Assembly (NCBI GenBank): GCA_963697335.1
Contig: CAVONQ010000018.1
Coordinates: 128,001 to 192,000 of the forward strand
Origin: an uncultured cyanobacterium
GTDB taxonomy: Bacteria; Cyanobacteriota; Cyanobacteriia; PCC-6307; Cyanobiaceae
DNA: 64,000 nt
Direction of reading: 5' to 3'
Shown here: in pieces, positions 55,559-64,000 of the stretch
Layout of the letters: each line of letters opens with the position of its first letter
Numbering within the stretch: position 1 is the first letter of the stretch
Program-made: the position numbers and the translations under genes
Notes under the pieces: generated by a model
Seen by the model: only the letters and a program-made list of their open reading frames with translations
Database searches by the model: none
Told to the model about the DNA's origin: nothing

Positions 55559-56089
55559 ATGGCGCAGCCCTTGTTCCCGGTTGTCCTGACCGTGACCATG
55601 CCCGAGCTGCCCTCCCAGACCCCCTGCCAACCCACCCCTGCAGCGGTGCAGGGCCGGCTTGCCGAGTTCGCCATCGGCGAGCTGGTGCGCCAGCACCGCA
55701 GCAGCTTTGCGCCGCTCTGGAGCACTGAGAGCTGGGTGAAACTGCTGATCTGGCTGGCGCTCAACTGTGGCTGCAGTGGCGACGAGGCCGGGCTGCGGGC
55801 CTTTCGGGCCTGCCTTGATTCGGCCCTGAGCCGCCGCCTGCGGCAGCAGTTCTTCACGCGGGAGCTGGAGGAGCTCCAGCTGCAGGTGGTGGCCGATCCC
55901 GCCGAGGCCGCGGCGCTGGTGCTGCCCCTGGCCCCCGGCGGTGTTCCCCTTGATCTGGAGCAAGCGGCGGCGGCCGTGGCCGCTGCGGGCCTGGAGGCCC
56001 AGCTGGTGGCCGACCGCGGGCGCTGGAGCAGCCTGGAGGGCGCGGTGGCCATTCCCTGGCAGCTGCCGCCGCTCGCCGCCACGCCATGA
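55559..56089 (+). CDS. conserved hypothetical protein
   Basis: ELVRQHR.SF.PLWS..SWVKLLIWLALNCG; ATGA-coupled to the next gene; start uncertain (55559 or 55598). Confidence 0.7.
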   Translation: MAQPLFPVVLTVTMPELPSQTPCQPTPAAVQGRLAEFAIGELVRQHRSSFAPLWSTESWVKLLIWLALNCGCSGDEAGLRAFRACLDSALSRRLRQQFFTRELEELQLQVVADPAEAAALVLPLAPGGVPLDLEQAAAAVAAAGLEAQLVADRGRWSSLEGAVAIPWQLPPLAATP

Positions 56090-56718
56090 CCCTGATCGCC
56101 ACCTACAGCAATCCCGGCTACAGCGCCCTGGCCGCTGCGGTGATGGCCTTCTTCGAGCGCCGCAGCGACCTGCAGCGACCGGGGGTGGCCTTCGGGCCGG
56201 AGGCGGGCCCCGGTGCTGCACCCGCCAAGGTGTCCACCGACATCAGCCTGGTGGCGATCGACCGCAGTGATCCGGAGGCCTTCGCCCTGGCCGAGGTCAT
56301 CCTGCGGGGGGTGACGGCCGGCCTCAACCACTACCTCAGCGAGCGCCCGCTGCTGCGCCAGTGCTGCCCGGAGCAGGCCCTGTTCGTGAACCCGATCTTC
56401 AACCTGCAGCGCTATGCCCCCGGCGAGGCCTTCCACGCCTGGCACTGCGACTGGACGCTCAGCGACGAGGACACCGAGCCGAACCGCCGCGTGCTGGCCT
56501 GGATTCTCTACTGCAACAGCCTGCCGCAGGGGGGCACCGAGTTCCACTGGCAGGGCCACCACGAGGAGGCCGAAGCGGGCAAGCTGCTCCTCTTTCCCGC
56601 CGGCCTCTCCCACATCCACCGGGGCCGGGTGAGCCACGAGCACAGCAAGACGATCGCCACCGGCTGGATCAACGCCGGCACCCTGGAGGCCTATGTGGCT
56701 CGTCTGGCCGCGAAGTGA
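56086..56718 (+). CDS. 2OG-Fe(II) oxygenase
   Basis: NLQRY, WHCD (HxD), R.LAWILY.N, GGTEF, FPA...H.HRG, K.IATGW. Confidence 0.9.
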   Translation: MTLIATYSNPGYSALAAAVMAFFERRSDLQRPGVAFGPEAGPGAAPAKVSTDISLVAIDRSDPEAFALAEVILRGVTAGLNHYLSERPLLRQCCPEQALFVNPIFNLQRYAPGEAFHAWHCDWTLSDEDTEPNRRVLAWILYCNSLPQGGTEFHWQGHHEEAEAGKLLLFPAGLSHIHRGRVSHEHSKTIATGWINAGTLEAYVARLAAK

Positions 56719-56774
56719 CGCGGATGGCCGATCCTTGCTTTGAGACCATGGGTCTCCGCCGGTGATCCACCTCC

Positions 56775-59633
56775 ATGGCCGAGGCCACCCCCGCTCCTGA
56801 CGGCGCCCTGCCGAAGACCTACGACCCGGCCAGCACCGAAGCCCGCTGGCAGGCCGCCTGGGAAGAAGCCGGCGCCTTCCATCCCGATCCGGAGGCCCCC
56901 GGTGAGCCGTTCTCCGTGGTGATCCCGCCGCCAAACGTGACCGGCAGCCTGCACATGGGCCACGGCTTCGAGACGGCCCTGATCGACACGATCGTGCGCT
57001 TCCAGCGCCTGCAGGGCAGAAACGTGCTCTGCCTCCCTGGTACCGACCACGCCTCGATCGCGGTCCAGTCGATCCTGGAGAAGCAGATCAAGGCCGAGGG
57101 CGGCAGCAAGGACGACCTCGGCCGCGACGCCTTCCTGGAGCGGGCCTGGGCCTGGAAGGCCGAGAGCGGCGGCACGATCGTGGGCCAGCTGCGCCGCCTC
57201 GGCTACTCGGTGGACTGGAGCCGCGAGCGCTTCACCCTCGATCCCGGCCTGAACAAGGCCGTGGTGGAGGCCTTCGTGCGCCTGCACGAGCAGGGCCTGA
57301 TCTACCGGGGCGAGTACCTGGTGAACTGGTGCCCGGCCTCGGGATCGGCGGTGAGCGATCTCGAGGTGGAGATGAAGGAGCTCGACGGCCACCTCTGGCA
57401 CTTCCGCTATCCCCTCAGCGACAGCGAGGGTGGCGGTGAGGACTCCGTGGCTGGCGGCCTCGCCCACCTGGTGGTGGCCACCACCCGCCCTGAAACCCTG
57501 CTGGGCGACACCGGCGTGGCCGTGCACCCCGACGACCCCCGTTACGCCGCCCTGGTGGGGCGCACGCTCACCCTGCCCCTGGTGGGCCGTCAGATCCCGA
57601 TCGTGGCCGATGAGCACGTCGATCCGGCCTTCGGCACGGGCTGCGTCAAAGTGACCCCTGCCCACGACCCCAACGACTTCGCGATCGGCGCCCGCCACGG
57701 CCTGCCGCTGATCACGGTGATGGCCAAGGACGGCAGCATGAACGCCCAGGCGGGCCGCTTCGCCGGGCTGGATCGCTTCGAGGCGCGCAAAGCAGTGGTG
57801 GCGGCGATGGAGGCTGAAGGCTTCCTGGTGAAGGTGGAACCCCACCGCCACAGCGTGCCCTTTTCCGATCGCGGCAAGGTGCCGGTGGAGCCCCTGCTCT
57901 CCACCCAGTGGTTCGCCAGAGCCGAACCGCTGGCCGCCCGCTGCCGCCAGGCCCTCGATGGCGGCGAACCCCGCTTCGTGCCGCAGCGCTGGGAGAAGGT
58001 GTATCGCGACTGGCTCACGGACATCCGCGACTGGTGCATCAGCCGCCAGCTCTGGTGGGGCCACCGCATCCCCGCCTGGTTCGTGGTGAGTGAAACCAGC
58101 GGGGTGATCACTGAGGCCACGCCCTATGTGGTGGCCCGCGATGACGCCGAGGCGCGCCGCAAAGCCGAGGAACAGTTCGGTGAGGCATCCCGCTCCGCCG
58201 GGCGGGAGCTGCAGCTGGAGCAGGACCCCGACGTGCTCGACACCTGGTTTTCCAGCGGCCTCTGGCCCTTCTCCACCCTGGGCTGGCCTGATGAGACCGC
58301 CGCCGATCTGGCCACCTGGTATCCCACCAGCGTGCTGGTGACCGGCTTCGACATCATCTTTTTCTGGGTGGCGCGGATGACGATGCTGGCCGGCGCCTTC
58401 ACCGGCCGCATGCCCTTCGCCGACGTGATGATCCACGGCCTGGTGCGGGATGAGAACAACCGCAAGATGAGCAAATCAGCGGGCAATGGCATCGACCCCC
58501 TGCCCCTGATCGAGCGCTATGGCGCCGATGCCCTGCGCTTCGCCCTGGTGCGCGAGGTGGCCGGCGCCGGCCAGGACATCCGCCTCGACTACGACCGCGC
58601 CAGTGGCAGCTCGGCCACGGTGGAGGGGGCCCGTAATTTCGCCAACAAGCTCTGGAACGCCACCCGTTTCGCGCTGCTCAACCTGGGTGGTGAAACGCCG
58701 GCGAGCCTGGGCGAGCCCGACCCCTCAAGCCTCACCCTGGCCGACCGCTGGATCCTCTCCCGCCTGGCAAGGGTGAACCTCGAAACCGCTGAGCGCTACG
58801 GCAGCTACGGCCTGGGTGAGGCGGCCAAGGGGCTCTACGAGTTCGCCTGGAATGAGGTGTGCGACTGGACGATCGAGCTGCTCAAGCGCCGCCTCAATCC
58901 CTGGCCCGCCGTTGAAGGGGAGCCCCTCAGCGCCGAGGTTCTGGCCGATCAGCGGGTTGCCCGCCAGGTGCTTGCCAAGGTGCTCGCGGAGCTGCTGGTG
59001 CTGCTGCACCCCCTGATGCCGCACCTGAGCGAAGAGCTCTGGCACGGGGTCACCGGCGAGGCAGAGGGCACCTTCCTCGCCCTGCAGCCCTGGCCGGCCG
59101 TGAACGAAGCCGCGCTGGATGATGCCCTCGAAGCCCAGTTCGCCGAGCTGATCGAGGCGATCCGGGTGGTGCGCAACCTGCGCGCCGTGGCCGGCCTCAA
59201 ACCGTCGCAGAGTGCCTCGGTGGTGTTTCTCACCGGCCGGCCGGAGCTGGCGGCAGTGCTGCACCAGGCCACGGCCGACATCACCGCCCTGACCCGCGCT
59301 GCCTCTGTTGAGGTGCGCGATCCCGGCGGCGCCGCAGGCGATTCAGCCGAAGCCCAGGCAGCGGGGCCCCAGCGCTGCCTGGCGGCGGTGAGCGGTGAAC
59401 TGCAGGTGCTGTTGCCAATCGAGGGCCTGGTGGACCTGGCTGCCCTGCGCGGCCGCCTGGAGAAGGACATCGCCAAGGCCGAGAAGGAGATCAAGGGTCT
59501 GGCCGGTCGCCTCGCCAACCCCAATTTCGAGGGCAAGGCGCCGCCTGAGGTGGTGGCCGAGTGCCGCGCCAACCTGGCCGAAGCTGAAGCCCAGGCGGCG
59601 CTGGCGCGGGGACGGCTGGAGGGGTTGGACTGA
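56775..59633 (+). CDS. valS: valine--tRNA ligase
   Basis: [30 protein letters not shown] and a C-terminal coiled coil. Confidence 0.99.
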   Translation: MAEATPAPDGALPKTYDPASTEARWQAAWEEAGAFHPDPEAPGEPFSVVIPPPNVTGSLHMGHGFETALIDTIVRFQRLQGRNVLCLPGTDHASIAVQSILEKQIKAEGGSKDDLGRDAFLERAWAWKAESGGTIVGQLRRLGYSVDWSRERFTLDPGLNKAVVEAFVRLHEQGLIYRGEYLVNWCPASGSAVSDLEVEMKELDGHLWHFRYPLSDSEGGGEDSVAGGLAHLVVATTRPETLLGDTGVAVHPDDPRYAALVGRTLTLPLVGRQIPIVADEHVDPAFGTGCVKVTPAHDPNDFAIGARHGLPLITVMAKDGSMNAQAGRFAGLDRFEARKAVVAAMEAEGFLVKVEPHRHSVPFSDRGKVPVEPLLSTQWFARAEPLAARCRQALDGGEPRFVPQRWEKVYRDWLTDIRDWCISRQLWWGHRIPAWFVVSETSGVITEATPYVVARDDAEARRKAEEQFGEASRSAGRELQLEQDPDVLDTWFSSGLWPFSTLGWPDETAADLATWYPTSVLVTGFDIIFFWVARMTMLAGAFTGRMPFADVMIHGLVRDENNRKMSKSAGNGIDPLPLIERYGADALRFALVREVAGAGQDIRLDYDRASGSSATVEGARNFANKLWNATRFALLNLGGETPASLGEPDPSSLTLADRWILSRLARVNLETAERYGSYGLGEAAKGLYEFAWNEVCDWTIELLKRRLNPWPAVEGEPLSAEVLADQRVARQVLAKVLAELLVLLHPLMPHLSEELWHGVTGEAEGTFLALQPWPAVNEAALDDALEAQFAELIEAIRVVRNLRAVAGLKPSQSASVVFLTGRPELAAVLHQATADITALTRAASVEVRDPGGAAGDSAEAQAAGPQRCLAAVSGELQVLLPIEGLVDLAALRGRLEKDIAKAEKEIKGLAGRLANPNFEGKAPPEVVAECRANLAEAEAQAALARGRLEGLD

Positions 59634-59664
59634 CCACCGGACGTCTCTGGATTGGTCGAAGGCC

Positions 59665-60313
59665 ATCGCAGGCAAATCGACCCTCAATGTCAAGAACCTT
59701 GAAGCCCTGGGGGCGGCACGGCTGGCAGAGCTGCTGATCACCCTCAGCCAGGGGAATGCCGCCGCCGATCCACGCGAGACGAACCGCCCGGTCGGACTCG
59801 AGGAGTGGCTCGATGCGCGCATCGCCGCACTGGAGGTACTGGATCGAGGCCAGGAGGCCCAGACGCTGCGCTGGGAGCATCTGGAGCGCTGCCTTTCAAT
59901 CCGGCAACTGCGTGACTCCCTCCAGCATCTGCCGGATTTCGAGGATGCGGCGGAAGAAGAGCGTGCCCTTGGCCAGGTGCTTGATCACCCCAGCTTCAAC
60001 AGGGCGCTCAGGTTCCTGCACCAGTGGCCCGATCGCCGCCGAGCAGTCCAGCTGATCCTGAGGCGCCAGGGCGAACTCGATGGCGACCACGTTATGTCTG
60101 AGGGCGATGATCGACTTCAGCCTGGAGCGGGCTCGTTCGACGCGCTATCGCCACGCTGCCCGGCACCTCGGCACCTGCCACAGCCTGGCCCCCGCCATCG
60201 GAGATTGGAGCGCCATGGTGGATCACAGGACCTCTATGGCCCGACTCAGGCAGGAGCATGGCCGCAAGCGTGGGTTCTGGAGCCTGGTGAGCGAGGTGCG
60301 GGTGCTGCCCTAA
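59665..60313 (+). pseudogene. DUF6880-like protein, internally deleted and frameshifted
   Basis: AGKSTLNVKNLEALGAARLAELL; W.DARI.ALE; RY.HAARHL...HGRK.GFWSLV in another frame; start decayed to ATC. Confidence 0.65.
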
Positions 60314-60789
60314 AGCAACGACCCCTGATGCTCCACCGGCTCCAGTTGCGCTGTCGCGCCCCGCTCCTCCGCTTCGCCCGGCTTCACCTCCAGGGCCTGC
60401 TCGATCACCCTGTCGGTGAGGGCATCGAAGTAAGCAGAGAGGGTCTGCTGCAGCTCCTGGAATTCCGGCCAGAGCGTCTCATTCACGAAGGACCGACTGA
60501 GCCGCGCCATCACCGTGGTGCGCCGTTGACCGCGATACCGGTAGGGCTGGATGCCGTAGCGCCGCAACAGGGCCACGAACAGGTGCCGCGACCACTGGTC
60601 GGAGAGGGAGAAGCGGAACTCCACCGGGGGCTCCTCGGCAGCCAGTTTCCGCAGGCGGCCCTGGATGCGCTCGCGGGCCCGCTCGGCCGCCACCCGTTCG
60701 CCGTCGGTACCAGGCCTGGAGAACAGCGCCTCGATCCGCCGCAGTTTTTCCACCAGCTGCTGCTCCGGACCGTCCGGTGGCGCGCTCAC
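60310..60789 (-). CDS. hypothetical protein with a DUF2786-like N-terminus
   Basis: LVEKLRRIEALF...T.GER.AA; DQWSR.LFVAL.RRYG..PYRY..QR.TT. Confidence 0.7.
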   Translation of the reverse strand: MSAPPDGPEQQLVEKLRRIEALFSRPGTDGERVAAERARERIQGRLRKLAAEEPPVEFRFSLSDQWSRHLFVALLRRYGIQPYRYRGQRRTTVMARLSRSFVNETLWPEFQELQQTLSAYFDALTDRVIEQALEVKPGEAEERGATAQLEPVEHQGSLL

Positions 60790-60903
60790 GGTTCTGGGGC
60801 CGGCCGCAAAGCCTCCGGTGGCTCCTGGGGCAGTGGATCGGGCGCGGCGGGCGATGGTGCTCGACTCCCAAGCCTCGGCTCGCTAACCGTAGGCGTCTCC
60901 GAG

Positions 60904-61290
60904 ATGCGGCCAGCTCGCCTCACCGCGATCCACTCCGAGGCGGTGCGGATCCCGGCAGAGTTCGCCTACGAGCGCAGTGATCTCGAGCTGGCCCTCTTCC
61001 CAGTAGGTTTCATGGTGGATGGCCGGGGCGAGCAGGTTCAGGCTGATCGGCAGATGCTGTGACACAGCGGCCCCACTCTCTGCTCGACACCAAGATCTGC
61101 ATCGACCTGATGAAGCGCCTGCCCCCCAGGTGGCGGAGCTGGAGTAAGGCACGATCGCCTCTGGCCCGGATACCGACCGGCATCGCGAGGTTCTGCAGTC
61201 GTTCCTGCTGGAGGTGCCGGTGGCCCCCCTCGATCAAAGTGGCACTGCGTCCTATGGCCCAGTGCGTTGGGCTACGCGCCAGCGCGGGGG
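60904..61290 (+). pseudogene. VapB (AbrB-type) / VapC (PIN) toxin-antitoxin remnant
   Basis: AVRIPAEFAYERSDLEL, GTGA overlap, LLDTKICIDLMKR.PP, then EVPVAPLD.....YGPVR; deletions and frameshifts. Confidence 0.7.
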
Positions 61291-61296
61291 AGCTGC

Positions 61297-61570
61297 AGTA
61301 TGGGAGCTGCCCATGCATCAGGCCATCGCCTTCGCCCTTCAGCAGCAAGTGGCCTACGTGGATCAAACCGGCGCCCCCACCGGCAAGCGGATGGCGGCAA
61401 TGCCACCGGAAAGCGGGGCTGGCAGTGGGTCATGGTGACGGTGTTTGTGCAGGGCCTGAGCCGTTCAGCAGCCGCTGCGATCGCGCTGCTCGGGAACGCC
61501 TTTGGCGGGCTCGTGGTGAGCGATCGCTTCTCGGCTTACAGCCTCCTGCCCACCCAGCAGCGCCAGCGCC
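61297..61570 (+). mobile_element. IS66-family transposase fragment
   Basis: VAYVDQTGAPTG / GKRGWQWVMVT...GLSRS...VSDRFSAY..LP..QRQ. Confidence 0.75.
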
Positions 61571-62082
61571 GAGTTCGGAGCGGAGCTGCTGGGCTGGACG
61601 GGCTTGTGGCGATCGATTCCTGGCCACGGCTGCGGCTGCAAGCCCCTGGGCAGGTACAGCGGGTGCATGGGATGGCCGTCCCGGCTGAGGCGCAGGCAAT
61701 GCAGGCATGGAAGCATCGCCGCCACGGCAGCAGCGCGCCCCCGATGCTGGCCGCCTACGCCCCAGGCGGCCACCCGTAGGGCGGCAACTCCGGCTACGGC
61801 CAGCAGGTGCTGGTCGTTATCGGGTCCGATGGGATTCGCCGCAGCCTTCATCGCCGCGGGCAGCGTGGCTCGGAAGGCGAACAGATTGGTCAGGAAGAGC
61901 CCCCCATAGCCCCAGTCCCTGGCGTAGCCGATGCAGCGCCGCACGGTCGGATCGTCACGGCTCGCGTCAGCGGTGCTTGGGTTCAGCCCGATGATCATCA
62001 CCACCCCCAGGGCTCCATCCCAGCGCCGCCAGAGCGTGTAGCGGTAGCGCTGGCAGGGGCTGAAGACGGCACGGCGATCCAT
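61465..62082 (-). CDS. DUF1643 domain protein
   Basis: YRY.L.R.W, IGLNPSTAD...DDPT..RC, NLFA.RAT.P, AWG, HPLY; tail runs antisense into the IS66 fragment. Confidence 0.85.
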   Translation of the reverse strand: MDRRAVFSPCQRYRYTLWRRWDGALGVVMIIGLNPSTADASRDDPTVRRCIGYARDWGYGGLFLTNLFAFRATLPAAMKAAANPIGPDNDQHLLAVAGVAALRVAAWGVGGQHRGRAAAVAAMLPCLHCLRLSRDGHPMHPLYLPRGLQPQPWPGIDRHKPVQPSSSAPNSALALLGGQEAVSREAIAHHEPAKGVPEQRDRSGC

Positions 62083-62151
62083 CAAGCCATGTTGGCGGGG
62101 GTCGGGACCAGACAGGTCGGCCAGTGGTTCGCTGGTCTTTGACCCTGCCGC

Positions 62152-62532
62152 TCAGAGACCCTTGCGATCCAGCGCATCGACCAAGCGGGTCACTGCTGAG
62201 GCCAGCATGGCCTGGGTGTCGGGGGGCGCCACCGCCTCCTCCTTGCGCTTAGCCGCTTCGATGGCCCGCACGATCAGGAACACCACAAAAGCGATCACCA
62301 GGAAGTTGATGAGGGCCACGATCACGGCCCCAGCCGGCCACGCATTGATGGAATCCACATTGGCGGCCTTGAGGGCGGGCTCAAGCGCGCTGGTCATCAC
62401 CAGGCTCACCACCGCATCCACCACTTTGCCGAAGGCTCCACCGATCACCACCGCCACGGCGAGGTCGACCACGTTGCCTTTGTTGATGAAGTCCTTGAAG
62501 TCCGACAGAAGGCTGGGGCGGCGTGGGGCCAT
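62152..62532 (-). CDS. mscL: large-conductance mechanosensitive channel
   Basis: FKDFINKGNVVDLAVAVVIGGAFGKVV, INFLVIAF. Confidence 0.95.
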   Translation of the reverse strand: MAPRRPSLLSDFKDFINKGNVVDLAVAVVIGGAFGKVVDAVVSLVMTSALEPALKAANVDSINAWPAGAVIVALINFLVIAFVVFLIVRAIEAAKRKEEAVAPPDTQAMLASAVTRLVDALDRKGL

Positions 62533-62647
62533 GAAAACGTGAGTTCATTGACGGCCTAAAGCTACGGATATCTTCTATCCAGAATCCTATATCGATGGTT
62601 TTTGTCATCGTTAGCCCCCGAACAGATCCGATTTCTTGGTTCCGGCC

Positions 62648-64000
62648 TCAGGGCGGCGTGTCCTGATGGCGCTCGAGCAGGGCCTGCAGTCCGGTTTCGA
62701 TCGCCGGAGGGAGACTGATCTGCAGCCCCTCGCCGCCCAGGTGCAGGTCCCGCTGGGGGAAGGGCACGGTGATCCCCTGCTCCCGCAGGATGGCCTCGAT
62801 GCGGAAGTTCAGGTCGCTCACGATTTCGTACTGGCGCCGGGGCTCGCGGGTCCACACCAGCAGGGTGAAGTTGAGGGAGCTGTCCCCGAAGCTGCTGAAG
62901 AACACCTGGGGTGTCGGTGTCTGCAACACCGCTGGGTTGCCCTGGCAGGCGGCGATCAGGGCGTCGCGCACCGCTTCGGTGTTGGAGCCATAGGCCACCC
63001 CCACCGGCACCTGCAGCCGCGACACCGGGCTGCCGTGGCTCCAGTTCACCACCCGCGATTCAAGAAATTCCGAATTGGGCACGATGATCGTCACCCCGTC
63101 GAGGGTGGTCACCTTGGTGCTGCGCAGGCCGAGGCTGGCCACGCTGCCCTGCAGGTCGCCGATTTCCACGAAGTCGCCCACCTGGATCGGCCGCTCGAAA
63201 ATGATGATCAGGCCGCTGAGGAAGTTCTTGCTGATCCCCTGCAGGCCCAGGCCCACCCCCACCCCCAGCACGCTGGCGAACAGGGTGAGGGAGGTGAGGT
63301 CGAGCCCCCAGAGCTGCAGCAGCACCAAGCTGCCCACCAGCAGCAGGCCATAGCGGGCCACGAAGGCCACGGCCTCCTGCCCGCCTGCGCTCATGCCCGT
63401 GTAGCGCAGCACCCGTTGGCGCAGCAGGCCCTGCAGCACCCCCACCGCCTGGGCCAGCGCCACGAACAGCAGCAGCAGCACCGCCACGTCCTGGAGCGAG
63501 TAGCTGCGCTCCCCTAACGGCAGGAAGGGGGCCCCCAGCCAGCTGCGCGTGGCGGCCACCAGGCCGGCGCTGACCCGGCGGCTGGCGGGGAACAGGTCCA
63601 TGGCGGCCGCCGTGGCGCCGATCCACACGCCGGCCTGGAGCAGCCGCAGGGCGGCGCGCAGCAGAAAACGGCTGGAGCGGTCGCGGCGCTCGCCATCCGT
63701 GGCCAGGGGCGCCAGGGCCCGGGGGAAGCGGAGCTGCCACAGGCGCCGCAGCAGCAGGTGCAGACCCAGGGCCCCCAGCAGGATGGCCAGGGCCACCGGC
63801 AGCATCCGCAGCAGGTGTTCGGGGCTGCGCTCCCGCCGGGCGGTGGCGATGGCCTGCTCGAGCTGGCGCTGCCAGAGCTCAGCCTGATCCCGGGCCTCCA
63901 GCCCCTCGGCCACGTCCCGCTCGGTCACCGTCACCAGGGTGCGGTCGTTGAGGCTGAGCACGGGCAGGTTGTTGGCCTGGCGCACCTCCAGCTCTACCGG
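62648..64000 (-). CDS. MscS family mechanosensitive channel, 5' end outside window
   Basis: GVGLGLQ...NFLSG..I.FERPIQVGD, VPNS, VNWS, VGVAYGS, VPFPQRDLH; frame open to the window edge. Confidence 0.92.
   Translation of the reverse strand, partial: PVELEVRQANNLPVLSLNDRTLVTVTERDVAEGLEARDQAELWQRQLEQAIATARRERSPEHLLRMLPVALAILLGALGLHLLLRRLWQLRFPRALAPLATDGERRDRSSRFLLRAALRLLQAGVWIGATAAAMDLFPASRRVSAGLVAATRSWLGAPFLPLGERSYSLQDVAVLLLLFVALAQAVGVLQGLLRQRVLRYTGMSAGGQEAVAFVARYGLLLVGSLVLLQLWGLDLTSLTLFASVLGVGVGLGLQGISKNFLSGLIIIFERPIQVGDFVEIGDLQGSVASLGLRSTKVTTLDGVTIIVPNSEFLESRVVNWSHGSPVSRLQVPVGVAYGSNTEAVRDALIAACQGNPAVLQTPTPQVFFSSFGDSSLNFTLLVWTREPRRQYEIVSDLNFRIEAILREQGITVPFPQRDLHLGGEGLQISLPPAIETGLQALLERHQDTPP

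Noticed and set aside
59395..61062. 555-aa ORF after valS
   Set aside because: A chance read-through linking an off-frame valS tail, the DUF6880-like remnant, the antisense of 60310-60789 and the VapB remnant.
61178..61188. 11-nt match (CCGGCATCGCG) to the tRNA-Val 3' end as a possible attR
   Set aside because: Too short for GC-rich DNA, lies inside a VapC remnant, and would place valS inside the island.

Overview
This is a high-GC picocyanobacterial chromosome segment (Cyanobium/Synechococcus-like; taxon inferred from gene content). 1-15.8 kb is an organic-nitrogen block. It holds a partial N,N-dimethylformamidase-large-subunit-like gene that the ORF track missed, its upstream COG0523 metallochaperone, ureDABC/ureEFG, NtcA-box-preceded urtABCDE (several single-base frameshifts) and formamidase fmdAB. 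16-37.6 kb is mostly core: pabC/pabB, queC/queE, a PpiC-HlyB-HlyD type I secretion trio, pyrG, dps, a group 2 sigma factor, aspS, gcvT, speB/speE, arfB, mazG, an acyltransferase and tRNA-Val(TAC). After the tRNA lies an accessory region with a dead IS5, two hli genes, fragments of three different toxin-antitoxin systems, piuC, bicA/nhaS3/DUF6671, a Crp regulator, a P-type ATPase, a GDSL hydrolase and a solute-binding protein coupled to MscS. valS is followed by a second patch of decayed mobile/TA fragments, then mscL and a partial MscS. No CRISPR array, rRNA or integrase was seen. All family calls come from motif recognition, not database searches. The best novel-system candidates are the COG0523 + DMFase-like pair, the bicA-nhaS3-DUF6671 module and the SBP-MscS operon.
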